Of a DNA stretch of 64,000 bases, positions 10,019 to 19,514 are shown one piece after another. The translations under genes and the position numbers were made by a program. Location of the stretch: assembly GCA_030916945.1 (NCBI GenBank), contig JAUPVS010000001.1, positions 2,138 through 66,137 of the forward strand, written 5' to 3'. The notes beneath the pieces were generated by a model that was given only the letters and a program-made list of their open reading frames with translations, had not been told where the DNA came from and made no database searches. How positions within the stretch are numbered: the first letter of the stretch is position 1; the number at the start of each line of letters is the position of its first letter. The DNA is from Patescibacteria group bacterium (GTDB lineage Bacteria > Patescibacteriota > Saccharimonadia > Saccharimonadales > JAUPVS01).

Positions 10019-10348
10019 TTATTTATCAGCAGTGGCTGCTTCGTCGGCTGGTTTGCGGGCGCGAACTTTGCCTGCGGCCTTTTTGCGAGCGTCCAAGGCT
10101 TTCTGAGCAGCTTCGCGGCGGGCCTTAAACTTATCGACGCGACCTTCGATGTCAACAATGCGCTCTTCACCGGTGAAGAAGGGGTGTGAGCTGCTGCTGA
10201 TGTGCACCTTTACCAAAGGGTATTCAACGCCATCAATCGTCACGCTTTCTTCGGCGTCAACGGTTGAACGGGTCAAATAGCGGGTACCGTTATTAAGGTC
10301 CTCAAAGACGACCGGGCGGTAATTGGTAGGGTGTAAATCTTTTTTCAT
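10019..10348 (-). CDS. rpmE: 50S ribosomal protein L31, type B (no Cys motif)
   Basis: [16 protein letters not shown]-terminus; no CxxC pairs; Lys/Ala-rich C-terminal extension. Start taken at the internal ATG 10348 of ORF 10019..10369. Confidence 0.9.
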   Translation of the reverse strand: MKKDLHPTNYRPVVFEDLNNGTRYLTRSTVDAEESVTIDGVEYPLVKVHISSSSHPFFTGEERIVDIEGRVDKFKARREAAQKALDARKKAAGKVRARKPADEAATADK

Positions 10349-10360
10349 AGTCAGGTGGCA

Positions 10361-10389
10361 ATTATACACATCTGTTAGCTTTTGGTCAA
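10361..10389 (-). promoter_or_regulatory. sigma70-type promoter of rpmE
   Basis: Minus strand TTGACC (10389-10384), 17-nt spacer, TATAAT (10366-10361), 12 nt upstream of ATG 10348. Confidence 0.6.
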
Positions 10390-10406
10390 GAGGTGAAACA
10401 GCGTAG

Positions 10407-10435
10407 TTGGCAAATCACTCCACATCTGTTACAAT
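10407..10435 (+). promoter_or_regulatory. sigma70-type promoter of rpsB
   Basis: TTGGCA (10407-10412), 17-nt spacer, TGtTACAAT (TACAAT 10430-10435). Predicts a leader of about 105 nt ending in AAGGAG. Confidence 0.6.
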
Positions 10436-10547
10436 AGCCGAGTAACAAATTAAAGCAGTTTGGGATTAGATCCTCCAAAGCAAGTCTCTCCAAGGCAAGC
10501 TACGGCACCCAAATGAAGGTCAAGGATCAAGAAAGAAGGAGTAAAAC

Positions 10548-11282
10548 ATGGCTACAGACGTAGACATTAAAAAACTATTAGAAGCTGGTGCCCACTTTGG
10601 TCACAAGAGCAGTCGTTGGCACCCTAAAATGGCGCCTTACATTCACAGCAAGCGTAACGGCAGTCATATCATTGACTTAACCAAGACAGTCGAAGAACTC
10701 GACACCGCTCTAGGTTTCTTGCAGCGCGTCGCTCAAGACGGCAAGCAGATTATCTTTGCCGGTACTAAGCGCCAGGCCAAGGACATTCTTAAAGCTGCCG
10801 CTGTTGAAACCAACATGCCTTACGTTACCGAACGTTGGGTTGGCGGTATGCTCACCAACAAAGCAACCATTGGCGGCCGCATCAAGCACCTCAAAGACCT
10901 CGAAGCCAAAATGGAATCTGGTCAGCTCGAAGCTAAGTACAACAAGCTCGAGGTTCAACGTTTCCAAGAAGAAATCGACGACATGAACCACAACTACAGT
11001 GGTATCAAAGATCTTAACGCCAAGCCCGGCGCCATCTTCATCATCGATATTAACGAAGAAGTTAACGCCGTCCGCGAAGCTCGCAAACTAGGTATCCCAA
11101 TTGTAGCCGTGGTCGATACCAACACCGACCCAAGCCTAATCGACTACCCAATCCCCGCCAACGACGATGCTCTAAAAACCATCCAGCTGATTACCGACTA
11201 CGTAGTAGCCGCTATCAAGGCCGGCAAAGCCAAGGCTAAGCCAGTTGACGACAAGGACAAAGACGAAGAAGAAAAATCCTAA
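10548..11282 (+). CDS. rpsB: 30S ribosomal protein S2
   Basis: LLEAGAHFGHKSSRWHPKM signature; acidic/lysine C-terminal tail; AAGGAG SD. Confidence 0.95.
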   Translation: MATDVDIKKLLEAGAHFGHKSSRWHPKMAPYIHSKRNGSHIIDLTKTVEELDTALGFLQRVAQDGKQIIFAGTKRQAKDILKAAAVETNMPYVTERWVGGMLTNKATIGGRIKHLKDLEAKMESGQLEAKYNKLEVQRFQEEIDDMNHNYSGIKDLNAKPGAIFIIDINEEVNAVREARKLGIPIVAVVDTNTDPSLIDYPIPANDDALKTIQLITDYVVAAIKAGKAKAKPVDDKDKDEEEKS

Positions 11283-11345
11283 TAATTAAATCCTAAATTT
11301 AGTATTTCAGTATTCGAAATTCGAATTTAGACCGAAGGGAATAAT

Positions 11346-11942
11346 ATGGCAGTAAAGATCGAAGAAGTAAAACGACTCAAAGACCTAACCGGTGTTGGTT
11401 TAACCGACGCCAAAAAAGCTTTAGAAGAAGCTAACGGCGACTTCGACAAAGCTCTCGCCGCTATGCGCAAAAAGGGCCTAACCAAGGCCGAAAAGCGTGG
11501 CGAACGCGAAGCCCGAGCTGGCATCGTTGGTACCTACAACCATGACAACCGGATCGGTGTATTAGTAGAAGTAAACTGCGAAACCGACTTTGTGGCTCGT
11601 AACGACGTGTTCGTTAACTTTGTTAAAGACGTCGCCATGCACATTGCGGCTTCATCGCCATTGTACGTTTCGGCCGAAGATGTTCCAGCTGACGACCGTG
11701 CTAAAGTTGCGGCCGAATTTGCCGACAAGGCTAAGGCCGAAGGCAAGCCCGAAAACATGCTCGACAAGATTGTCGACGGCATGCTGGCTAAATACTTTGC
11801 CGAGCGCTGCTTGCTCGATCAACCGTTCGTTAAGAATCCTGACCTAACAGTTGGCGAATACGTTAAAGAAAACGCCGCTAAGCTGGGCGAAAACGTCGTA
11901 GTGCGTCGCTTTAGCCGCATTGCTTTGGGCGAAGTCGCCTAG
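11346..11942 (+). CDS. tsf: Elongation factor Ts (short form)
   Basis: N-terminal UBA-like LKDLTGVGLTDAKKALEEANGD; CETDFVARN core; follows rpsB. Confidence 0.9.
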   Translation: MAVKIEEVKRLKDLTGVGLTDAKKALEEANGDFDKALAAMRKKGLTKAEKRGEREARAGIVGTYNHDNRIGVLVEVNCETDFVARNDVFVNFVKDVAMHIAASSPLYVSAEDVPADDRAKVAAEFADKAKAEGKPENMLDKIVDGMLAKYFAERCLLDQPFVKNPDLTVGEYVKENAAKLGENVVVRRFSRIALGEVA

Positions 11943-11989
11943 AGCACTCCACTATATTCAAAAGCGGTAATAACAGTTAGAATATACTC

Positions 11990-12556
11990 ATGAATCCAAA
12001 CGATGTCGTCACTCAAGCCAAAACCAAGTTCGCCAATACTATTACTCACTTCGAAGAAGAACTAAAAAAACTGCGGACTGGTCGCGCTCATGCCGGTATG
12101 CTCGATGGTTTAATCGTAACAGCTTACGGCACGCCGATGCCGCTTAACCAAGTAGCTAGTGTTAGTGCGCCCGAGGCTCAGCTACTTCAGATTACCCCGT
12201 TTGATCCCAGCAGTAACATCGAAGCCATCTCGGCTGCTGTTCGTGACAACCAAAGCATGGGGCTGAACCCTAGCGATGACGGCCGCGTAGTACGCATTCC
12301 AATTCCGCCATTAAACGAAGAACGACGTCGTGACATAACCAAGCAGGTTGGTGCCAAGCTCGAAGAGTGCATGATTGCTATGCGTGGGACTCGGCACGAG
12401 GCTTTGGATACGCTAGCCGAAGCCAAGAAAGACAAAGATATCAGCGAAGACGAGGCCAAGCGGCTTGGTCAGCAGATTGAAGAGGCGATGACTCAGGCTA
12501 AGAGTCAGGCCGAAGCTACCGCTCGGGCCAAAGAACAAGAAATCATGACTGTTTAA
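11990..12556 (+). CDS. frr: Ribosome recycling factor
   Basis: 188 aa; LKKLRTGRAHAGMLD, IPIPPLNEERRRD; TAGAAT 6 nt upstream of the ATG. Confidence 0.95.
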   Translation: MNPNDVVTQAKTKFANTITHFEEELKKLRTGRAHAGMLDGLIVTAYGTPMPLNQVASVSAPEAQLLQITPFDPSSNIEAISAAVRDNQSMGLNPSDDGRVVRIPIPPLNEERRRDITKQVGAKLEECMIAMRGTRHEALDTLAEAKKDKDISEDEAKRLGQQIEEAMTQAKSQAEATARAKEQEIMTV

Positions 12557-12568
12557 GGGGAAGGGTAT

Positions 12569-13255
12569 ATGACGGACGCCGCATCGGTTCCAAACCATAT
12601 TGGCTATATACTGGACGGCAACCGCCGTTGGGCTAAACAGCATGGCCGACCCACGCTCGAGGGACATAGGCAAGGTCTAGAAACTTTTAAAAACATTGCC
12701 CTGGCTAGTTTTGACCGGGGTATCAAAGTAGTGTCGGCCTACGTCTTTTCGACCGAGAATTGGCAACGCACTCAAGAAGAAGTGTCATACCTGATGAGGC
12801 TGGTGGTGAAGGGTGTCGAAAAGCACCTGACAACTTTCCATAAGGCCGGCATTCGCTTGGTTATGTTAGGTAGTCGCGACGGCTTGGACGCCAAAATTCT
12901 GCAAACCATCGACCGCGCCGTCCAAACTACCAAGGACAATACTAAAGGAACACTGGCGATTTGCTTTAACTATGGTGGCCAGCAAGAAATTGTTGATGCC
13001 GCTAACGCTGCCACGGCGGCTGGCCAGCCGCTAACCATCCAAAGCTTGCAGGCTAACTTATACGAGCCAGATTTGCCAGCGGTAGATTTTGTTATTCGCA
13101 CTTCGGGTGAACAGCGCATCAGTAACTTTATGTTGTGGCGGGCTGCTTACAGCGAACTATATTTTACCGACAAGCTGTGGCCCGACTTTAACGAGGCTGA
13201 CTTAGATCAAGCCCTAGCTGAATATCAACAACGACAACGGAGGTACGGCCAGTAA
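12569..13255 (+). CDS. uppS: Undecaprenyl-diphosphate synthase (cis-prenyltransferase)
   Basis: ILDGNRRWA, FSTENWQR, RTSGEQRISNFMLW motifs. Confidence 0.9.
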   Translation: MTDAASVPNHIGYILDGNRRWAKQHGRPTLEGHRQGLETFKNIALASFDRGIKVVSAYVFSTENWQRTQEEVSYLMRLVVKGVEKHLTTFHKAGIRLVMLGSRDGLDAKILQTIDRAVQTTKDNTKGTLAICFNYGGQQEIVDAANAATAAGQPLTIQSLQANLYEPDLPAVDFVIRTSGEQRISNFMLWRAAYSELYFTDKLWPDFNEADLDQALAEYQQRQRRYGQ

Positions 13256-14382
13256 TGTCATTATTCTTATTAATTCTTGGTTTAGTGCTATTTGTTGGCT
13301 TAGTGGTAGTACACGAATTTGGTCACTTCATAGCCGCCCGACGCAATGATATAGAAGTTGAAGAATTTGGCGTTGGCTTTCCGCCGCGCGCCAAAGTTAT
13401 CACTACCAAAAAAGGTACAGTCTACACCTTAAATTGGCTACCGCTGGGCGGATTCGTAAAGCTTAAAGGCGAACATGATGCCGATACTACGAAGGGGAGT
13501 TTTGGCGCCGCCAGCTTGAGCGCCAAGGTCAAGGTGATGGTGGCCGGAGTGGGCATGAATCTAGCCACGGCTTTCGTGATCTTTACTTTCTTGGCCTTGG
13601 TCGGCATGCCCAAGCTAATCGATAACCAGTTTACGATAGCCAGCGACACCAAAGTTGTTAAGCAACAGGTGCTAGTCGGTTACGTCCAGCCCGATTCACC
13701 GGCCGCTAAGGCCGGCCTGGAACAGCGTGACCAGCTAGTGGCGATTAGTGCTCCCGGTAAGTCGGCCGTGGCCATAACCAGCCAAGATCAGTTGCCAGCT
13801 GCCACCAAGCAGTTCGCTGGCCAATCGGCTCAAGTCGAAATTGTCAGGAACGGCGAGACTAGCCAAAAGACCGTCGTGTTGCGTTCGCAGCAAGAAGTTG
13901 ATGCCAGCCAAAATACCGCCGAACCCAAGGGCTACTTGGGCGTCAGCCCGACCGAATACGTTTTGCAGCGTTCAACTTGGTCGGCACCAGTGGTGGCGGC
14001 CGGGCTGATTGTGCAATTGACCGAAGCTACTCTAAAAGGCCTAGGCAGTGCCGTTAGCAATTTGGTGCAGGGTAATGCTGGCCAGGCCAGCGCTCAAGTA
14101 TCCGGCCCGGTTGGCATCTTCGTGCTCATAAAGGACGGAAGCCTGCTGGGTTATCAGTTCATACTGCTGATTATTGCCGTAATCTCGCTGACCTTGGCCA
14201 TCATGAACATACTACCAATTCCGGCCCTGGATGGCGGTAGGCTCTTCACATTATTATTCTACAAACTTATTAAAAAGCCCTTAACTCCAGAGCGCGAAGA
14301 CATGATTAACAGCATTGGGTTTATAACCCTAATGGCGTTATTTGTTCTTATAACCATAGTTGATGTAAAGCGGAACTTTTAA
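13255..14382 (+). CDS. rseP: Site-2 (RIP) zinc metalloprotease RseP family
   Basis: HEFGH zinc motif in TM1, central PDZ, NILPIPALDGG motif; TAATG overlap with uppS. Confidence 0.9.
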   Translation: MSLFLLILGLVLFVGLVVVHEFGHFIAARRNDIEVEEFGVGFPPRAKVITTKKGTVYTLNWLPLGGFVKLKGEHDADTTKGSFGAASLSAKVKVMVAGVGMNLATAFVIFTFLALVGMPKLIDNQFTIASDTKVVKQQVLVGYVQPDSPAAKAGLEQRDQLVAISAPGKSAVAITSQDQLPAATKQFAGQSAQVEIVRNGETSQKTVVLRSQQEVDASQNTAEPKGYLGVSPTEYVLQRSTWSAPVVAAGLIVQLTEATLKGLGSAVSNLVQGNAGQASAQVSGPVGIFVLIKDGSLLGYQFILLIIAVISLTLAIMNILPIPALDGGRLFTLLFYKLIKKPLTPEREDMINSIGFITLMALFVLITIVDVKRNF

Positions 14383-15179
14383 TGCCGCAGGTTAAAACCC
14401 CCAAGGCCGACCAGCAACTCGACCACGTAATTGACCTACCCGACGGCCGCCCGATCACCTGGGGACCACTAATGGCCGTAGCCTTTACGGTGGTTATGTA
14501 CTTCCTGTCACAGTTCCTGGGCAGTCTGATTATCTTAGGTATCGCCAACGGAAAGGGCTGGACGGCCGACCAAATTGACCAATGGGTTGAACAAACCAAT
14601 GTACAATTCTTTTACGTTCTGATTGTCGAAGCCACCACCTTGGGTCTGTTAGCGATTTTCCTTAAAACCCACCGGGCCAGCTTTAAAACGCTGGGTCTAA
14701 CCAAGCCCCAGTGGGTTGATGCCGCCTACGCCCTAATCGGTTTTGGCATGTATTTTCCAATCGTCATCATCTCGAGCTTAATCATGAAACAATGGTTCCC
14801 GCAGATTGATCTTGATCAGCAGCAACAAATTGGCTTTGAGTCAGCCCGGGGCATGGCCCTAGTACTGGTGTTTGCCAGTCTGGTGATTTTACCGCCCGTC
14901 ACCGAAGAAATCGTCACCCGCGGTTTCTTGTTCTTGGGTCTTAAGTCCAAGCTACCGCTATTCGCGGCAGCCATTATCACCAGCCTGATTTTCGCCTTGG
15001 CCCACCTGCAGTTTGGTAGTGGTGCGCCACTGTTATGGTCGGCTGCTATCGACACCTTTATCTTATCGTTGGTGCTAATCTTCTTGCGTCAAAAAACCGG
15101 CCGCCTGTGGGCACCAATCGGCTTGCATATGCTCAAAAATGGGATTGCCTTTATGGCGCTCTTTATTTTTGTCAGATAA
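14382..15179 (+). CDS. CPBP (CAAX-protease-like) intramembrane glutamic endopeptidase
   Basis: Polytopic; EEIVTRGF (EExxxR) and FALAHLQF (FxxxH) motifs; 1-nt TAATG overlap with rseP. Confidence 0.75.
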   Translation: MPQVKTPKADQQLDHVIDLPDGRPITWGPLMAVAFTVVMYFLSQFLGSLIILGIANGKGWTADQIDQWVEQTNVQFFYVLIVEATTLGLLAIFLKTHRASFKTLGLTKPQWVDAAYALIGFGMYFPIVIISSLIMKQWFPQIDLDQQQQIGFESARGMALVLVFASLVILPPVTEEIVTRGFLFLGLKSKLPLFAAAIITSLIFALAHLQFGSGAPLLWSAAIDTFILSLVLIFLRQKTGRLWAPIGLHMLKNGIAFMALFIFVR

Positions 15180-15294
15180 TGCAGTAGCATGAGGGTGTGC
15201 AACAACAATATACAATCATTACTTCTCTCAAGCCCAAGATGCCGCGACGCTTAGGGGCTGATGTTTAATTATATTGTAGAATAAGCAAACAACA

Positions 15295-15322
15295 CCCCTC
15301 GCTCCAAACGAGGGGATTTTTA
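15295..15322 (+). terminator. GC hairpin plus U-tract immediately upstream of proS (terminator or attenuator)
   Basis: cccctcg (15295-15301) / cgagggg (15309-15315) followed by attttt; lies 15 nt before the proS ATG and just downstream of a TAGAAT box. Confidence 0.55.
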
Positions 15323-15336
15323 ATAAAAGGAATCAC

Positions 15337-17046
15337 ATGCGCGTCACACAATTATTTACCAAAACCCGCAAGCAGGCTCCCGCCGACGAGGTGGCCCTCA
15401 ATGCCCAGCTATTAATCAAAGCTGGCTATATTCATAAAGAAATGGCCGGCGTGTATGCATACTTGCCGTTGGGTCTGAAAGTTCTAGAAAATATTAAACA
15501 AATTGTTCGAGAAGAGATGGATGCCATTGGCGGGCAAGAGCTTATTATGACCAGCCTCCAGCGCAAAGAAATTTGGGAACACACCGATCGTTGGGACGAT
15601 GAAAAGGTTGATGTTTGGTTTAAGTCGAAGCTGCAGAACGGTACCGAAGTTGGCTTTGGCTGGTCTCACGAAGAGCCAATAACAGAAATGATGAAGAATT
15701 ACGTAACCAGCTATAAGGATCTACCTGTGGTTGTGCATCAATTCCAGACAAAACTGCGGAATGAAGTTCGAGCCAAAAGTGGCATTATGCGTGGTCGTGA
15801 ATTCGTCATGAACGATATGTATGGCTACTTCTACGACGAAAAGAAACATCTTGAATTTTATGAAAAGTCTAAGGAAGCCTACATGAACGTCTACCGCCGG
15901 GTTGGCTTGGGAGACATCACATTTATCACCTACGCTTCGGGTGGTGCCTTCACCAAGTTTAGTCACGAGTTTCAGACATTAACCGATGCCGGTGAAGACA
16001 CGCTTTTCCAGGTACCAAGCACAAAAGCGATGTTTAACGAAGAGATTACTCCCTCCCAAGCGCCTCCCGTTACAAGTAATGATGACCCGAAGCCGATGGA
16101 AGAAGTAGAAGGCAAGGGCTTGATTGGTGTGGAGCCACTGGCTAAGTTTCTTAAGATCCCGGTTGAGAAAACAACCAAAACGATGCTGTACAAAACCGAT
16201 AAAGGTAAGTTAGTGGCGGCAGCTGTCCGAGGCGGCTACAACATAAATGAGGATAAGCTAAAAGATATCTTAGGTGTTAAAAGCTTGCAGCTTGCTGACG
16301 AAGGAACTGTTAAGCGTGTCACCAAGGCAGAGATCGGATACGCTGGAATTATTAACTTGCCAGAAGATGTTGAAATCATTGTGGATGAATCTTGTTCAAA
16401 CCGCACCAACTTTGAGATGGGTGCTAACCGAACCAACTACCACAGCATTAATGTTAACTGGGGTAGGGATTTACCGGAACCAAAACAGTACTACGATATT
16501 AAGGTTGCTAAAAAGGGTGATTTCCACCCCGAAACTGGAGAGGAATACACTGTACACAAAGCAGCTGAAGTCGGCAATATCTTCAACTTTGGTACGGCCA
16601 AATGCGACGATGTTGGACTGTTCGTAAATGACGAGAACGGCAAGCTAGTGTCAGTCTATCTTGGCTCATACGGGATAGGTGTAACTAGACTAATGGGTGT
16701 AGTGGCCGAACATTTTGCTGACGACCGTGGCTTAGTTTGGCCGGCTAACATCGCCCCAGCCACCGTTTACTTGGCTCGACTGGGCGAAGACGAAGCCGTC
16801 GTCAACGCGGCCGATCAGCTCTATCAAGACCTGGAGGATGCCGGTATCGAGACGCTTTATGATGATCGTGATGTCCGGGCCGGCGAAAAGTTTGCCGATG
16901 CCGATTTGCTAGGTATTCCATACCGTTTGGTAGTAAGCGCCAAGTCGTTGCAGAATGGCCAGGTGGAGCTCAAGGAGCGCACCTCTAGTGACGTGACGAT
17001 GGTAGGGGTAGAAGAAGTTGTAAAAAGCCTGGGGAAGGCTAAATAG
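15337..17046 (+). CDS. proS: Prolyl-tRNA synthetase, bacterial type with INS editing domain
   Basis: Class II motifs, YbaK-like insertion (residues about 230-400), C-terminal anticodon-binding domain. Confidence 0.9.
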   Translation: MRVTQLFTKTRKQAPADEVALNAQLLIKAGYIHKEMAGVYAYLPLGLKVLENIKQIVREEMDAIGGQELIMTSLQRKEIWEHTDRWDDEKVDVWFKSKLQNGTEVGFGWSHEEPITEMMKNYVTSYKDLPVVVHQFQTKLRNEVRAKSGIMRGREFVMNDMYGYFYDEKKHLEFYEKSKEAYMNVYRRVGLGDITFITYASGGAFTKFSHEFQTLTDAGEDTLFQVPSTKAMFNEEITPSQAPPVTSNDDPKPMEEVEGKGLIGVEPLAKFLKIPVEKTTKTMLYKTDKGKLVAAAVRGGYNINEDKLKDILGVKSLQLADEGTVKRVTKAEIGYAGIINLPEDVEIIVDESCSNRTNFEMGANRTNYHSINVNWGRDLPEPKQYYDIKVAKKGDFHPETGEEYTVHKAAEVGNIFNFGTAKCDDVGLFVNDENGKLVSVYLGSYGIGVTRLMGVVAEHFADDRGLVWPANIAPATVYLARLGEDEAVVNAADQLYQDLEDAGIETLYDDRDVRAGEKFADADLLGIPYRLVVSAKSLQNGQVELKERTSSDVTMVGVEEVVKSLGKAK

Positions 17047-17105
17047 TTTGTTATAATAAGGCGCCTACAGACGTGTGCCCCTAAAGAAAAGAGAGGATAA
17101 ACTCC

Positions 17106-17564
17106 ATGAAGAAATCATTCCACCTGACTGCCGAAGGCATTGCCGAACTCAAAGCCGAACATAAAGAATTAGTTGCCCAACGTGGTCCTGTCGCCGAACG
17201 CATTAAGGCTGCCCGTGAATTTGGCGATCTCGCCGAAAACGCCGAGTACAGCTCGGCCCGCCAAGAACAAGAACGTGTCGAAACCCGCATTGGCGAAATC
17301 GAGCACATTCTGCAAAACGTCGAAGTCATCAAAAAGCCCAAGGGCGACAGCAAGGTCCAACTTGGCTCCCGCGTCACTCTTAAGGCTAATGGTAAAAGTA
17401 AAGAATTCCAGGTTGTCGGTACCGTCGAAGCCGACCCGCTTAACGGTAAAATCTCTGACGAATCACCAATCGGCCAAGCCTTACTAGGTAAAAAAGTCGG
17501 CGACGAAGTCGAAATCAAAACACCAGCCGAATCGGCAACCTACAAAATCGCCGCTATTGGCTAG
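17106..17564 (+). CDS. greA: Transcription elongation factor GreA
   Basis: Coiled-coil N-domain with GDLAENAEY, C-terminal ISDESPIGQALLGKKVGDEVE; TGtTATAAT promoter at 17049-17057 and a GAGAGGA SD. Confidence 0.9.
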   Translation: MKKSFHLTAEGIAELKAEHKELVAQRGPVAERIKAAREFGDLAENAEYSSARQEQERVETRIGEIEHILQNVEVIKKPKGDSKVQLGSRVTLKANGKSKEFQVVGTVEADPLNGKISDESPIGQALLGKKVGDEVEIKTPAESATYKIAAIG

Positions 17565-17588
17565 CCAATAAAGGGGTACAATATATCC

Positions 17589-19121
17589 ATGCAGTGGCTA
17601 CAAGCACTCGTTGATGAGTTAATTACCAAACACCCGGATGGTGAGATTCTGGTGTCGTCTGGTGCTTCGCCGTCGGGCACTTACCATGTTGGCCATCTGC
17701 GCGAAATTATTACCTGCGACGCTATTCTACTGGAACTACGCCGCCGTGGCCGCCAAGCCCGCCATGTGCACTTTGCCGACGACCTTGATGGCCTACGTAA
17801 AATACCGGGCAACATACCGGCCGAGTACGAAAAGTATTTGGGCAAGCCGCTCTGTGATATTCCGGCCCCTGATGGCACCGACCGTAGCTATGCCGACTAT
17901 TTTCTGGATGACTTTATTGCCAGTGCCCAGGCCCTGGGCATTGAAATGGAAGTTGTATACAGCCATCAAAAGTATCGCCAAGGCTTCTTTGTGCCGGCTA
18001 TCGAGCGCTGTCTTGAACACATGGCTGCCGCCAAACAGACCCTCGAAACCGTGGCTGGACGCCAGCTTGATGAACACTGGTCACCGATTCAAATTATGGA
18101 AGACGGCTACCTTAAAAACCGACCGTTTCTGAGCATCGATACTAAAGCCAAAACTCTCAGCTACCAAGATAAAGAGGGGAAGACCCAAACCGTGGCTTAC
18201 GATAAGGGCGCTGTTAAGTTGGATTGGCGTCTAGATTGGCCCGGCCGCTGGTGGCTGCTGGGTGTTAATGCCGAGCCATTTGGTCGTGACCACGCCACTA
18301 AGGGTGGTTCTTTCGACACCGGCGTTGGCATGATGGAACAAATTTATAAGGCCGATCCGCCGATTCCCGTGCCGTATGATTTTGTGAACCTAGCTGGTGA
18401 TAATAAAAAGATGAGCGCCAGCCGGGGAACCGGTATTCAAGCTACAGAAATTATTAAGGTGTTACCAGCCGAGGTGACGCGCTTTTTTATGTTGCGCTAC
18501 GCTCCAGCCAAACGCCTCTACTTTGACCAAACTGACGGCACCATTAAACTGGTCGACGAATATGCTGCACTCAGTAGCCAGCCCGAGCTGTCCGAGTCGG
18601 ACCAGCAGCTGCTGTATGTTTGCAGTCGCGGCAGCCAAGAAAAAACCGTTAGCCGGGTGCCATTTTCTCACCTAGTTGCCAGTTACCAGGCAGCCCTAAA
18701 AGACGCCGAAAAGACTCTCCAAATCCTGGGCCGTACCGAATACAGCCAGGTTGTAAAGGAAGACCGCGACATTATTATTAGGGAACTGGCTTTTATCCAC
18801 GAGTGGCTTAAGCTGTGGGCTCCCGAAGACGTTAAGTTTGAACCATTACAAACCCTAGAGGTAGCTTCATTGTCCGTTGCCCAGAAAACCTATCTGCAGC
18901 AGTTGGGTCAGAAAGTCGCCGATGCTCCTCAAGACGCCGATGGCGCGTGGTTCCACCAAGCCATCTACGAATTTAAAGACCAGACCGACCTAGCACCTAA
19001 AGAGCTATTCACCACACTCTACCAAGTCTTAATCGGCAAAGACTCCGGACCGCGCGCTGGCTGGTTCTTGAGTATGCTACCGCGCGACTGGTTGGTAAAG
19101 CGCCTTAAGCTCGAAGCCTAA
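17589..19121 (+). CDS. lysK: Lysyl-tRNA synthetase, class I
   Basis: SGTYHVGHLRE (HIGH-type) and KMSASRG (KMSKS-type) motifs; about 510 aa, typical of class-I LysRS. Confidence 0.85.
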   Translation: MQWLQALVDELITKHPDGEILVSSGASPSGTYHVGHLREIITCDAILLELRRRGRQARHVHFADDLDGLRKIPGNIPAEYEKYLGKPLCDIPAPDGTDRSYADYFLDDFIASAQALGIEMEVVYSHQKYRQGFFVPAIERCLEHMAAAKQTLETVAGRQLDEHWSPIQIMEDGYLKNRPFLSIDTKAKTLSYQDKEGKTQTVAYDKGAVKLDWRLDWPGRWWLLGVNAEPFGRDHATKGGSFDTGVGMMEQIYKADPPIPVPYDFVNLAGDNKKMSASRGTGIQATEIIKVLPAEVTRFFMLRYAPAKRLYFDQTDGTIKLVDEYAALSSQPELSESDQQLLYVCSRGSQEKTVSRVPFSHLVASYQAALKDAEKTLQILGRTEYSQVVKEDRDIIIRELAFIHEWLKLWAPEDVKFEPLQTLEVASLSVAQKTYLQQLGQKVADAPQDADGAWFHQAIYEFKDQTDLAPKELFTTLYQVLIGKDSGPRAGWFLSMLPRDWLVKRLKLEA

Positions 19122-19125
19122 CACC

Positions 19126-19500
19126 ATGCCTGTAGCCATACCTACCGACGACGAATTCGATGTAATTGTCGGCCAGGCCCTCGATTCTTTGCCTAAAAAG
19201 TACACCCAAAAACTCGACAACGTGGCCATTGTCTACGCCGATGACCCGACGCCCGAACAACACTACCAGCTCAAATTACGCCATGACCAAACACTGCTTG
19301 GCTTATATGAAGGCGTCCCGCTGCCAGCCCGCGGCGGCATGACCAAGTTGATGCCCGACAAAATAACCTTGTTCAAGCACCCGTTGGCTTACAAAAGTAA
19401 CTCACCCCAAGAGTTGCAAGAAAACGTCCGCCACACCCTGTGGCACGAAATGGCGCACTACTTTGGGCTCGACCACCCGCAAATACACGCCCTCGAATAG
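19126..19500 (+). CDS. Zincin-like metallopeptidase family protein (DUF1025-like)
   Basis: 124 aa; HEMAHYFG (HExxH) near the C-terminus. Confidence 0.65.
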   Translation: MPVAIPTDDEFDVIVGQALDSLPKKYTQKLDNVAIVYADDPTPEQHYQLKLRHDQTLLGLYEGVPLPARGGMTKLMPDKITLFKHPLAYKSNSPQELQENVRHTLWHEMAHYFGLDHPQIHALE

Positions 19501-19514
19501 CGTATAATATAAGC

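Noticed and set aside
15180-15336. T-box or other riboswitch leaders upstream of aaRS genes (proS, lysK, serS, glyQS)
   Set aside because: lysK, serS and glyQS are leaderless and have no upstream transcribed region. The proS leader is at most about 45 nt, far shorter than a T-box (about 200 nt).
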